Source: Amoebophrya sp. A120
Lineage: Eukaryota; Protista; Dinoflagellata
Direction: 5' to 3'
DNA length: 64,000 nt
Assembly (NCBI GenBank): GCA_905178155.1
Contig: CAJINV010000011.1
Location: 134,154 to 198,153, forward strand
The position numbers were made by a program, and so were the translations under genes. The notes below the pieces were generated by a model. The model did not search any database. It was not told the origin of the DNA and saw nothing but the letters and a program-made list of their open reading frames with translations. Positions 37,851 through 50,745 of the stretch are shown in pieces; positions within the stretch are counted from its first letter, which is position 1; every line of letters begins with the position of its first letter.

Positions 37851-40294
37851 TGCGACGCCCCCCCGAGTTTGCACGCAGAGAACCAAGAGGAGACTGGGGA
37901 GTTGCCAACATCCTTCCGGCCTGCCTGCTCGAGGAGGTGTCGATGAATGAAGGAAATCGAACACGGCGAGGCGCCGCCCATTTGCCTGAAACTTAGGCCT
38001 GCCCTCGATCAAGGATTCACTTTAAAACATAGAGGCGCCACCTTTTATGTTATTTGGCCGGTCCGCTTCCGCTACCATATCATGTGACATGGCAGTCAGG
38101 CAGGTCGCCACTTGTGAAAAGTTGTGTCCTTTAGCTTTACGCCTCAGGGATAGTCGCTTTTTTCTGTAGTACTATCCTTTTGCTTTTCCCTCGTGCGCTT
38201 TAGGGAGAACGAAGTTTAGAAACGGCAGGAGTGCCTTTGATGAAGCAAAAACGACTTTACTTTTGGCACTTTTTGCTTTACCGGCTTCGCGAACAAACAA
38301 AGATGCCAAGAAACGCACAAAGCGCAGTGTATTAGGAAGAGAAAAAAACTCCTTGCAGCAGGTCGTTTTTTATTTTTTGCGGTGGTGGCTTCAGGAGGAC
38401 GCCAAGCACAAACCGCTGCGTACCTTTGAAGAAATGAAGAAATAGGATCCGTCTTATTTGGCTGTTTTTGCACCGCTGGCTGCAAGCAGAAGGCCTGAAC
38501 CGGCAAGGCCTGCACTTTTAGAGAGCTACTTCTGGCCAATCATTTTTCCCTATCTTTACTGGCTGCGCCTGCAGTTAGAAGGCAGCAGCGGCCAGAAGCG
38601 TCGGGTGGCTTCAACGAGAAACCAAGAAAAGCCAGAAGCGTACCTCTCGTTGAAAAAAAGGTAGGCCTTGCTGGCTTCAGGGAGAACCTTTGAGACCCCA
38701 GAATCCCCAGCCCCGAATCGAAAAGGGCTACTTCTGGGTTGATCAGAAGACAAATTAGGCCCCAAAAGCGCGCCGCAAGAGGGAAAAAGCCCGGCTTCTG
38801 AACCTGCCACACCTTTAGAAGTGAATTCATCTTTGCCACGAAGACGAAGGGTTTTTATAAAATAAAAAGATTCATTTCATTCCCAAGCCTCAGCAGGTTC
38901 TGACGGCTAGCTAGACCTTCAAAAAAGAAAACCCTTCTGACGGCTAGACACAAGGAACCGAGCGCAGCCGTCGGTGCCCAACAAAATCTAAATTAGTCGC
39001 GAAACCAATACCGATGGCGTTTTCGTTCCCGTTGTGGCAACTGTGTATGACGATACTAAATGCGGCTCCGTCAGAAATATCCAAAAATTTCAGGGTCGGA
39101 ACGCGGCATATCAGTCATCCTTGTCTGTCGTGAACATGAAATGTATTTTAGATCTTGTAGTCTGTCATGCATAATTCTTCATCTGACTTGGACTTCTTGA
39201 CCTTGTTGTATACAGAGTTACCTCGCTGAGAGTGCAGGCCCTGCACACGGCGGAGCTACAACGGGCATGCCCACGGATTCAGGCGATTCCGCTGAGCGGC
39301 TTACCGACAGTCCCCTCAGGGCTGCCTTCTTACTACTACTAGACCACAACCACAGTAGTTTTGCTATGGCTTTCCACTACACGATACCAGTCGGGCGACA
39401 GCGACCACAAGAGCGACACACGCGACCCTTGAAATTTTTGGGCAGTCTTGACCCAACCACATATCGCGTTGACATATTATCACGATTTCAGATTCGACTC
39501 CTTGAAGCACCGTTTGCTCATATTCGACGTGTTCAAGCACCATTTGCTTATAGTGTCTTTTTGTACTTAGTGGTCGTTTACATGAAAATTAGAATTTGCG
39601 CAATGCGCGTCCTGTGAGAATTGAGTAGGTATTTTGAAAATGCAAGTCCTTGTTCTCCTTGTCCTGTGAGTATTGAATTTGAAAAGCAAAAGACGACTAC
39701 GGGAAAGCAAAAACGTTTTTCACTCAGAACAAACAGAAAAAAACTCTCAAAAGCAGCTGCAAAACTATTGCAAAAAAGGGTGAAAAAAAGGAGACGACGT
39801 GCAATGCGCACTTACCGACGAATGACAAAACAATCACATCACGCACGAGTAGGGATGCACAAAGCATAAGGCTCCTGCTGTACAAGATAATGACGTCTAC
39901 TTTAAACAAGATGACTTGGCATTCACTTGAAGTACTGTACCAGATGAGGAACAACTCACGAGGGATGGGCGCCACGAAGCAAATGCGTGACTGCAGCGGG
40001 GACTGGTATGAATCTGTACGACGGCCTACTTACGCACACAGTGGAGAGCAGAGCGACTGTAGTGATATTCATTCAAGAAATCCTGTTGCACCACCTCAAG
40101 GTCATTCTCACATACGTACCGGACCCGCTTTTCAAAAAAATAGCTGTCGTCCTCGCTTCGAACTATTTTGCTCATGCTCGCGAAAGCACGGCAATCAAAA
40201 CATCTGGGTTGCATGATTGCATTGCAACCCTGGATAACTTGTCTTTGCAATGACAATGAAGGCTACCACTTGATGTAGTTCTAGTGGCTGTTTC

Positions 40295-41300
40295 TTAAAA
40301 GTCCCCCACGACCATCTCCTCCAGCGTCGGCTCCGCCTCGCGTGCATCCGGAAGAACACAAGCCTCCATCATGGCCCGTCGCATGGCGTTTAGCTCTCGG
40401 GCTTCCGCCGCGATGGTGCGCAGCTTCCTTTCCACGTCGGCAGACGGGGGCACGCAGAACAGGTAGACGGAATGATCCAGGGAAGAGGATGGGAGAGCAG
40501 CTGAGAGAGCACAAGAACTATACTGTCCTGCAGGTGCGCAGCGAGGATCTGGTACGGAATTGAAGTGGAGGTCCTGCTCTCCTGTAGATTGTGCCCTTGA
40601 TGTAGTAGTAGTCCACGCCATCACCTCGATCGCCCACATGTCGCCTGGCTGCAGTGGCACAGGCAGCTGCAGCAGTGTTTCCGGAACTTGCGGACCACTG
40701 CCGGGGCCGTCTCGGGCTACAAAAATCGCAGTGGCCGTTGGGGAGAGCGTGGGAGAATCGCTTCGTGGTGTCCTTCCTATGTCCTCGTCCTCTGTGGCGC
40801 CAGCGGCCGCCGCGCGGACAGCGTGCTCGATGTCATGCGTTTTTATTCCCTGCGAGTCCACTGCAGAAACGCGTGCATGCCCCTCCTCGGTCGGTTCCAT
40901 CGGGAGATTGTCTTTTGCGCAGGGGTAGTTCGCGCCACGACATGCGCACACGATCCGCTTCGCACAGACAGCCATCTCGACTTGCGGTGCAGTAGAGGTT
41001 TTGACAGGAAACAGAGCCGCGTGCAGATCTCCCGCTTCGCAGCGCAAAGGATCCTCGTCCACCATGGCACTCTCTTGCCCGTCCTCTCCTCGTTTGCTTC
41101 GAACGTTAGTTCTCCCCGCGACGTTGGGAGGAACATCAGCAGAGGCCAGATTCTGCAGGTGCTGGTAGAGCGTGGCGAAGCACAAAGTGTTGCATTCGCT
41201 ATCGGCGTGATGCCCAATCATTACCACTGCGGCAGACGGCTTGCCCATGGAGCCCAGAGTCGTCCGCGGGATGCTGGGGGGATGGTCCTTTTGCCGAACA
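40295..41300 (-). CDS. Hypothetical protein
   Basis: 391-aa ORF 40295..41470 with GC-rich coding character. True start and exon structure unknown. Confidence 0.5.
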
Positions 41301-41714
41301 ACGTTCCTGCTGTGAGGCTCCGACTGCAGAACTTGACAGAGGCTCTCTTGACCCGGTTCCCAACTAGTATCCTGAATGTTGCCAGAGCGCACGCCAAATA
41401 AATGCACCCAGGAGCCTATCATGCTGCAACCCCCCTTCTTACAATATATACGTAGGGCGCGAGGTTGCACAAGTTATGTCACTACGTAGAATATGCTAGT
41501 TTCCAAGGTTCAAAACGAAAAGCAAGAATGTCGCATCGAAACCTTCTTTCTTTGGCGGGCGTTAAGAGCCGGCTTTCGACGTCAGTTCTAGATGTTGGCG
41601 AGAAAAACCAAAATCATAGTATCTTGCGACACAGCAGCGTGTTGGGCTCAGCTCATAATTTTCGATAAATATGCTGCAAGCAACAAAAGCAATTTAGTAA
41701 GTAGCCTTCCTTTT

Positions 41715-44700
41715 CTAAAAAATTTCAAAGAAGGCACAAACCGAGGCGCGCATATATTGAGGTGCGAAGAGGGTTGCGGCAGCGATAGAATCCAGCAAGT
41801 CGCGTATAGGTACCTGCGCCAGGACAAAGGGCTGAACATTTTCCGACAACGTCATCTTTGCACCACCATGATCAGCACATTTCGCAAGAAGCACATTCGG
41901 AACCGCCGGTGCCACGGTAGAAGTCTCCCTACAAGAAACGGTTTTGCGGTCGTCCCAAACTTGAAAGCAATCGGCGTGCAGGATGGACCGCGGGTCCCGC
42001 ACATTCCTCGTCCGGCGCTGAAAGCGCGAGTGCTTTCCGAAGGCACGGGTGCATTTGTTGGCGACGCCCCAGCCACTGGGCATGAACTTCGGCTTCTCTA
42101 GGTCGAGAAAATGCTCCCGCCACATCCGAATAAACCCGGCCAGTGTGTCTCTCGCAACGTGTTTCTCCACAATTCTCTGACCAATTTCGGTTTGCGAAAG
42201 AACCGGGTTCTTCTGTCGCAGCTGCCGTGATGAAGATGAGAAGTGCTGTCCAGGATTTATCTTCAAGTAGAAGTGCTGCTGCTCTGAGCCCTCTTCTTCA
42301 CAGCTCCTGCTGGTTGATCTGCGAAGGGATGATCCGCCAGAAGTCATCTTCGTCGTGGCCCAGACCAGCTTGCCGGGTAGTGCCGTTCCCCCGTGGTCCT
42401 TCTCGGTCCACGTCAAGACTTTCTCGAGCAGATCGAGCGACACCTTCGGTTGCTCGTCCGAAATGCGGGCAATACCGCGACGGCACTGCTGGAGAATCGC
42501 CACCTGCCAGTTCCTTGTGTTGCTTTTTTCGCTTTCCGTGTTCTCATCTGCTTGCGAGCAGGGGCTATCGCCTTCCTCCGACATGATCACGGGTTGGGAC
42601 CTGCTCCTTGCATCCCAGGCATAATTTTTACAGGACGGCGCGTTGGTACGTGTTTTGACAGCGGCCTCTTTCGCCGTCTTGCACATCCTCCGCACCAGGT
42701 TGAGAAGCTTGGTACTGCCGGGTGCTGTCCTCTCGAGGGCAGCAGGAGACGAAGTTTCGATGCCACGCTCGCGCAGCGTCTTCGTGAAAATCTCCTCTAG
42801 CGCATAACGTTGGTTTCGCCGGGCCGACTTCGTAGCACAAACGATGGCCTCATCGAGCAGGCGAAGCAGTGGGCAGTCCGGTCCCTGGCAATCATGCGAG
42901 GGGTCCCGCAGCCGCTCGGCGTCAACGAGCATCGAACAGGTTCTTTCTTCAAAATCCGTCTTCGAAGTAGAAATTGTCGTGGGCGTAATGGACCGCCGTT
43001 CATTCCGCTCGTGCGTTTCTCTCTCTGAAGCCGAAAAAAAAGGCCAGTCCAGTTCCTGCAGCGTTCGAATTTCCGCTTCGACAGTCCGCACCCGAATGTC
43101 TGCACAGAACCGCAGGATTTCGTTTTTCAGATCGCGAATGCGAGCTTCCGGAATGCGGTGCTTCCCCACGTCTCCCCACAGCGCCGCAGCTGCCGACCTT
43201 ACTTTCTTCACGTGCGTGTCGGTATCAAGGGCTAGTGATCGTAGCTCTTCTGGATTTATTTTCATACAGGCTCTTCTCGTCGTGGTCGTGGTCCCGCCAG
43301 TAGAAGTAGTGTTCCTTGCACTTCCGCTGCGCACCATCCCTTTTCCGCTTTCCACTGGCGCGGAGGTTTTTCCAGAAGCGCCGGTTGAAGGCGAGAGCAG
43401 TGCACCAGCAGCCGCTTCCTCCCGCCGATCTGCCTCGTCCAACTTGCGTATCAGGCGGTACTGGTTCTGCTGCGCCCGCTCCTGGCACGCCACACACAGC
43501 AGCACCACGTCGTGGCTCGAGTGCGCCTTGAACTCCTCCGGGAAGTGTTTGCGGTACACTGTTATCCAGTACAAAGCTGTCCGGGTCGGGAAGATTCAAT
43601 GCCAATTCTACATGTTGACTTGCGATGTCTGTGATGCATGCTCTAGCAGTACAGGTTTTCGTTTCGCGAAGGCTTTCCCACACCTGTCCTGTATGAGATA
43701 TGCCTTCTCCGCGTGGCACAAGACTGAGTGCCTTTATTTGCTGCCCATGCAATACAGATTTTTGTATCATTGAACATTAGCATCACAAATTCCGTTCTTC
43801 CCAGACCCAGAAATTTTTGCAACACATAAATGTGGGCACAATTTTAAACCGCACGTAGTTCCGCTCCGCGCCACAGTATTCGGAGCAAAAGTTGTGTCGT
43901 CGCGGTCGTACTAGTTTTTGTTGCGATTTCACTATTAAGCATGACAAATGCGATAAAAGATCCACAGGATAACTCGCATCCACCTTCCGTGGGAAAAATG
44001 AATTTCCGTATGCAAAAATTTTTAGCTCATGCATCCTCGACGTCCTTCCAACTTCTACACGTGCCTAGACAGCAGACGCAGATATTTGCCTTCTCCTGGA
44101 TGTGGAAGGAGTCCGCTTTTTTCTGTTCCTGGAGCTGCTCGAAGCTCATCTCGTCGTAGTGCTTCCTGCCCTCGGGGTCAAACAGCAACTTTATCGTTCT
44201 CGGTTCCCCCGGGACCCGCTCGGCCAATTTCTGTTGCAGATACCAACGCAGCTTTTTCTCGTCGCACTTCGTCAACAGCTCTCCGTCCCGGGCGATAATG
44301 CTGCAGTTCCCGTACACGGAGTATCAAAAGGAAAAATCCCCGCTCCCCATACCGAAAACGAAACTTGTGATGCTGTATTTGAGTACACAAAGCGACTTGT
44401 AATGCTAGAAGGGCAAGAGACGCAGCTGTTGGCTCGTTTGCAGGCAATTTGTCATGCTGTTTCCCACTTGCAGCTGCCCCCTGTCATGCTGAAGATGCAA
44501 GGCTTTCCCACGCCAGCCAGCACTAACGTCCGCATCTTTTCCCTTCTAGCATGACAAAGCTGATTTGTGGCCACAAATCTGCACCACAAATTTCTAGTTT
44601 GAGTATGGGGTGGAGGGATTTTTCACTTTGATACGGAGTCCGCACTGTACTTCAGGGTGAAATACACGTAGTTGGCCGTTTTTTTGTTCGCGGGCCTTCT

Positions 44701-47700
44701 GTATGGACTTGAAAAGTTTTCGTACTCACTGGAGCATAGCAATTTCTAATTCTATCGCAATTACGCATAACAAATCTTTATTTTCGCAAGGTATTAAGTC
44801 AGCGATGGCAATCAAAATAAATCCCGTTTCTGTCATGCTGAGAAAGAAGTTTGTAAATGCAATTTCTACGACCAGTAAGCATGCTACTTTTGCAATCCAT
44901 AGTCTGCGCACCTCCCTTCGCACCGAGTCCGACAGACTGTTCACAGCTGCTTCGTACGCTTCCAAGGACGAAAACTTGTCAGACCAAAACGCGGTGCTGC
45001 TGAGTGCCTGCTTTTTAATCTTGCCTCCCTCAGTGTGACAACGCGGCATCACACCTTTTCCAAGTCCACCGTCCCCGGCATCCTCGGCGGCATCACCGCT
45101 GTCCTCTGCGGAGCAAGTCGACGATGTCGTGTTTTTCGGAGGTTGGCAGCTGTGGTTGAATGGAGTTGGAGACCGAAACGTGAAATAGCAGTATGTTCAA
45201 AAAGAAGTTATGTTGCTGCTCATCAACAAGATCAACATCGAGTGTTGCCGCGATAATTATCACTAAAACTAAAAGTGGACTTGCAAGAAATATAACATCA
45301 TCAAGCTAATAAGTATGGACGCCGCCACAAAACGCGTACCGGCACCCAGCGGTGGACATCGCGTACATGAGATGAATAACCGCAGAAAAGTCCTCTACCT
45401 GCTGTTTTCCAGGTTCTCTCCGAAAGAAGCACACCGGGTTTCTGTCAGATCCACAATTCTCGCTCCAAGGTGCTCCACCAGCACTTTTTGTGAGACAAGG
45501 CGCGTCACCCCCGTCTGGTGTCCAACCGGAACTTCGAAAGCATCGTACATCGAAGCGAGCTTGGCGTCGATGAGGATTTGCACCGTGCCCGCACTTGTGT
45601 AGCAGCTTCCTCGATCGCTTTCTAGCGTGGTGGCAGGAATGTCTCTTCGTCTTTCTGCTACGGCTGGACACACATGATTCGACGAGAGGGGCGCGGTTGT
45701 TTTCGGGGGCAGTCTGCGAGTCTCCGGCGGTTTTTCTTTTTCGCTGGTTGAAGATATGCCAAACGCGGAACAAGCACCTGTGGCACCACCACCATCGTCC
45801 GTCGCCGGCAATTTCGAATCCTCTGTTACTTCATCGTGCTTTGAGCCACCGCTTGCAGAAGTTCCATTTTGGCCACTTTCGATCCAGTCAGACGATGCAG
45901 CTGCGGCTTCCTCCGTCATGCGCACTTCTAGCGGCGAGAACGGCCCGATGGAGCCTGGTTGCTGATAGAACTCTGCAACAACGTCGGAGGCGAGTTGCAG
46001 TCCGGTCGTCTTCGTGTCTAGACGGTCACACGAGGAAAGCATGCACAGAAATTTTTGTCTCGTGCTAGAATGGTTTTCATCCAACGAAGGTATTTTAAAG
46101 CTTCGCAGCCCGTCCTGGTCCTGCGTGCCATGATCCCCACCCCAGCACGCCAGTGTTTTGTAGTCGGCTGACCGGCAAATGCGGGAAGAATCTTCAGGCA
46201 GGGTAATCGTTGGAGTTTGTTCTTGGATGTTTTTCTGCAAAAATGATCCGGACGTCGCGGCAGTCCCACTCGGCGCGACAGCACCACCGCGTCCCATCAC
46301 CAGCACGTTATCGCTGTTTAATTTTTCCGGTCCGCCGTGACGAGAGGGGAGTTCTATCGAGTGCTGCAGCATCTTTGGCGTGAGCACGAGCGGCCCAAAT
46401 GTGGGTATGACGCCTCGAAGGAGCGGTCTCCTCACTCCTAATCTGACGTGCTGTTCTTGTTCCTCCGTTTCCCGGAAGAGGAGTTGAAGCAGATACCAGG
46501 CGTCCAGAGCAGCGTAGCGCTTTTGGTCCGCGGATAAGGGCCGCTGTGCCCAATCTGAGCACTGCTCCGCTTTGGACATCTCGTGCCCGAGCTCTTCACG
46601 CACGCGGGTCTGCAACGACGGCAGCTGGTCACGAGCTTTTCTCACAGTGCTACTTCGCTTGTTCTCATTCCCGCGCGGCCCATGCGAAGAAGAGGATGAA
46701 GAAGCCGGGCTTGTTTTCATCGCGCCCTCCGTCTCGTCTTCGCGGTGATTCGGGCTTGCTGACGAATGTTGAATTTCTCCCGGAACAATGGTTACGCTTA
46801 TGCCCGAATCCGATTCAGACACGGGAGACGGACTGCGAGCAAGGACGGACACATCAGAGACCCGCGGCTGCAGGTCCACAACGGCATAGTGCAGGTTCTT
46901 GGGCTGCTGCCACCAGGCAAACGAAACTGCGATTTTGGCCAAATCGTTCATCGGGGCGAAGGCGTACATGCGCTCAGACGCCAGAATCCACTCTAGGAAT
47001 TCCATCAGCAACTTGCTCTGCCGAAACTGCTGAATGTCGAAGAGAAAGATCCGGCAAGATGATGAGGAACAATCTCTCCTTCCCGCAAGAGCATCATCTC
47101 CTTGGCTTCGTTGTCCGGCGGGTTGTTGTCTCGCCGATGGTTCTGTGTTCGGCGCAACACAGATCGAGAGCACCTGGAGAAGGTAGTCTCCCGGCCGCCA
47201 CTCGCAATCGACACACATGTATGAAGAGAGAGGGAATTGAATCTTCATGGGCACCAACTGAGATTTGACTTTGGCAAGCAACACAGACCGTCTTGCAACG
47301 GCAATAAGGCTGCAAGATTATAATCGCTTTTATTCGAACTTCAGCGGAAATCAATTTTTTCGTTCTTCTCGAACAATGTGGTGCTAGCAGGGAAGATTTG
47401 TCTTCTAAGAGTAGAAATACGCTATCCACTATCTTTTCGCATCGAAGAAAACCGATCGCGCGTTCTAACTGGTCCTCCGTATCAACCCACGTTGTAGCCG
47501 AGTGCAGCGCGGCAAGATGCAGCCCGTCCTCCGGTGGCGTGTCTGCATGTTGTGCGCTGTGCTGGCCCTCTCCGTGCTCAACAGCTGATGTGGAGAGCTC
47601 TAGTACCTGAACTTCACCTAAAACTGCCATAGTTTCCCCCTCGTTCCTGCAGGAATGCTCTTCTGTCGTGGGCGAGTCGCACATGCGGCCTGGTGGAGGC

Positions 47701-47747
47701 ATCGTGTTCAAGCAGCAGGATGGATCCGGCATGTGATATCTAACCAC
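41715..47747 (-). CDS. EXD2: EXD2/Mut-7-like DEDDy 3'-5' exonuclease with an EXD2-type C-terminal HNH-like domain; multi-exon
   Basis: ExoI CVDCEWRP, ExoII MNDL and ExoIII SDWAQRPLSADQKRYAALDAW in ORF 45395..47284. YGNCSIIARDGELLTKCDEKKLRWY...KANICVCC|GAERNYVRFKIVPT|VYRKHFPEEFKAHSSHDVVLLCVAC, assembled across introns, matches the EXD2 C-terminus as I recall it. Orthology is not established. Confidence 0.8.
43562..43833 (-). mobile_element. Family A introner-type intron inside the EXD2-like HNH region
   Basis: Arms TACAAAGCTGTCCGGGTCGGGAAG (~43570) and CTTCCCAGACCCAGAAATTTTTGCA (~43797). Removal restores IVPT-VYRKHFP. Direct repeat ACA on the coding strand. Confidence 0.75.
44323..44639 (-). 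mobile_element. Family B introner: ~37-bp TIRs directly abutting a 7-bp direct repeat
   Basis: ACGGAGT (44316-44322 and 44633-44639) flanks ATCAAAAGGAAAAATCCCCGCTCCCCATACCGAAAAC ... GTTTGAGTATGGGGTGGAGGGATTTTTCACTTTGAT. Removal gives ...YSADSV-YGNC. Confidence 0.85.
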
Positions 47748-48919
47748 TGTGTCGAAAACCTAGTGAGTGAATGACTTATTCAACTGACGGGGCTACTGGA
47801 GGGAATTATTGAGTTTCTATTCTGCTACGTTTCCTGAGCAGCGTGAAAAAAATACACAACCGAGGTCTTTGCCTGCTCATGGGGCGACTGTGTGAAACAA
47901 CGATCCGGTAGAAAAAACATCATTGTTGATGTGTGGACCACACATACAACGACATCTTTAGATTCAGTTTGCAATACAAGAAGCATCTGATCGTCCCTGC
48001 CTGGAGATTTCAAGACTTCTACGGATGAAAAAGTGTGCTGCTGATAAATAGTACGGAATACTTTTGATTTGCGGGGCCACCTGGTTCGGCTTCAAGATTC
48101 GATTCTCGGACATAGATCTCAATGACCGAGATTTGTTCAACAGTGTGTGCCAAGTGTGAAGATGATCGCGATCATCAGAGCGCCCACACAGCTATCGGAT
48201 GTGTTGGCAGTTAACGATATGCAGATTGATCGCTATCACGAATTTTGCAACATCCTCCACAATTGATCTTCTGCGGCACGGCCACAAACGAGCCTCATAG
48301 GGACAACAGAGACCGATCACGAAGCAGTCTGTAGTAAGTACTCTCATTGCTCACAGAGATATGTAGTTCATACTGCTCGGTCGATAATACAACTGACAGT
48401 CTTCCTCATCAAACTATAGTATGACGCGTCGTGCCCGCGACTTATTACCTACAGGACCAAAAAGCCTAGGGCAAAGTTTGCACAGGAATTCGCTACGACA
48501 ATAGAGAATCTAGGTGCATACCAGTACAAGAGTTCTGCTGCCTCTCAAACCGATGCTCGTTCAGGTCGGAAAAAACCCGTTACTTACTATACAACGGGAC
48601 GAATGTTGGCACTTATTCATGCTACTACAACTTACGTACTCTACTTACAACGATACTGCGTATATGGCGGGACTGCATGGCCATTGCGTGTTTAAAAATG
48701 CGGACGGCGTCATCTTCTGTAGTGAAGCCGCTTGATGACGGAGCAGGGAGGAAGTTGCGAGCGGCCACGAGAATCTCCAATCGCAGGCTGATGACGCTGC
48801 TGGGCGGGGTGTAACCTGATCCAGTATGTGTGTTTTTGGAATAGCCGACCATTTTTTTCATATCATTCCTTGCCTGTGACGCATTTTTCGACATTTTAGA
48901 AGATTTGTCGTCCGGGTTG

Positions 48920-49960
48920 AAAAGTGGTGACAAACTCCTTCCGACAACTGCCTGTACGTTAGTGCTCAGGTGGCAACAATAGCGCTCTTTTGTAAGAACG
49001 AGTCTCCACCTGACCGACTGCTAGTGACCGAGCGCTAGTCAGATAGTGGAGATTCGAACATTTTTTAAACACAACCCCATCTGCACACGACCTTCGCAGC
49101 ATAATACTTTTCTAAATATAAGTATGCGAGATTGCAAGAAGATCTTGTCTGCGCTCTGTCATGAATTCTGTCTGCAACGTCGGAGCTTGAGCTGCATTGC
49201 GACACCTACTTTCGCTCTAATGAATTTCGAATCACAGCCGGCTGCATGATCTCAGCTTGTACTGCTCAGAGGTTGGTGCGACATCTTCAGTCTGGTTTTT
49301 TCAATCTGACTACGCACTAAGGACCGCACGCGAGTCGGACGAAGCTTGAAAAATAAAGAGTCGTGTTCCTCATCACAGGAGCCATCATTGATCTAAAATT
49401 GCAGCGCAGAAGTGCTGCGCCTCAAGTTGCGTGTAGGGTATTTTTTCTTTGCGTTGGGGTTTGGCCGTGCAATTATTTCCTGGCCGTCGAGAAGCCTCTA
49501 ATACAACATCACTTGTTGCGCTGCAGCGTTCTTCGATAATAACCTTAGGAGATACTTACAACTTCCTGGTTCATAAGTCCTGCCGATGACACTGCCTGCA
49601 AAGTGGTGCTCAGCTGCACTCAGTCTGTATTTCTCCACCTGACCGACTGCTAATAAAACCGAGCGCTAGTCAGATGTGGAGAGATCGAAAGGACGAGGAG
49701 ACAAGGTTTTGTGATCTTCACACCATTGCGATTGCAGGAGCACGTCATAGTCCTCTAGAGTTACGTGCAACATAGGTTTTTCCTGTAAAAGTGGTGACAG
49801 AGTCCTGCCGATGACACTGCCTGCAAAGTGGTGCTCAGAAGTCAATATTTCTTTGTAAGTCTCCACCTGACCGAGGGCTAAATAAAACCGAGCGCTAGTC
49901 AGGGAAAGACATCTGCTTTTTCGTCATCTTCACACCCTTGCAGGAGCACGGCATAGTTCT
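48920..49960. repeat. Degenerate repeat, 3 copies
   Basis: CTCCACCTGACCGA...ACCGAGCGCTAGTCAG at ~49004, 49633 and 49861. GTCCTGCCGATGACACTGCCTGCAAAGTGGTGCTCAG at ~49577 and 49802. Confidence 0.75.
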
Positions 49961-50745
49961 CTGTAGTAGAGATATGCAACATGATCTGCCCTCATATCTT
50001 TGTTTTTTCTGGGACCACATGATCTTCTTCAAGCTTGAGCTTCTATTGATAGACTATAACTTTTCGGCTGTTCTGCTCCCTTCACTACTATAGTAAGTTG
50101 CTCTTCAGTGCAGGAGATCGTAACGGAAGGTTTCTGACCACCAGAGCGGCTGCAGCTCGCTGCTCAGAGCTTGCTACGGTTTTTTGGCTTTTCATCCTAT
50201 CTGACTGCGCAGAGCGGAATAAATACCACACTTGCAAGTTCCTCATCACATGAGCAGCATTTCGCCTTATGGAAAAAAATAACTTTCACCACTGTTACAA
50301 TTAACTCAGATGATTGCGTTGTTTTCAATTGGTATGATCCATCCCTTACCGCTCTTTTCAGAGCTACACAGCAGAATTTCAGGAGAAAGCATGCGCCTAG
50401 TACTAGCGCCATTGCTGTCGTTCTAGTAAGCTGTAGCCCATCATCAATGCGGAAGGCGAAGGGATTTTTTTTCTAGAAAGAAATAGGTATCATTCAAATG
50501 CAGTACCTGGTAGATCATGATCAACACACACCTTTCCACTGTAGCGCTATTGTCGACGGCCAACCATTTGACCAGAGAAACACTATAAACGCACAGACAC
50601 AACAACCTGAGGATGTTTGAAAACGCGTGCGAAAAACAGAAATACCTGTGCGGCCACTCGGCTAACAGTATTGGTGGAACCAAAACGTGGAAGAACTTGC
50701 GCATCACGCAGAGCTCGAGTAAGTAGGTGGCGCGGCCCAGATTCA

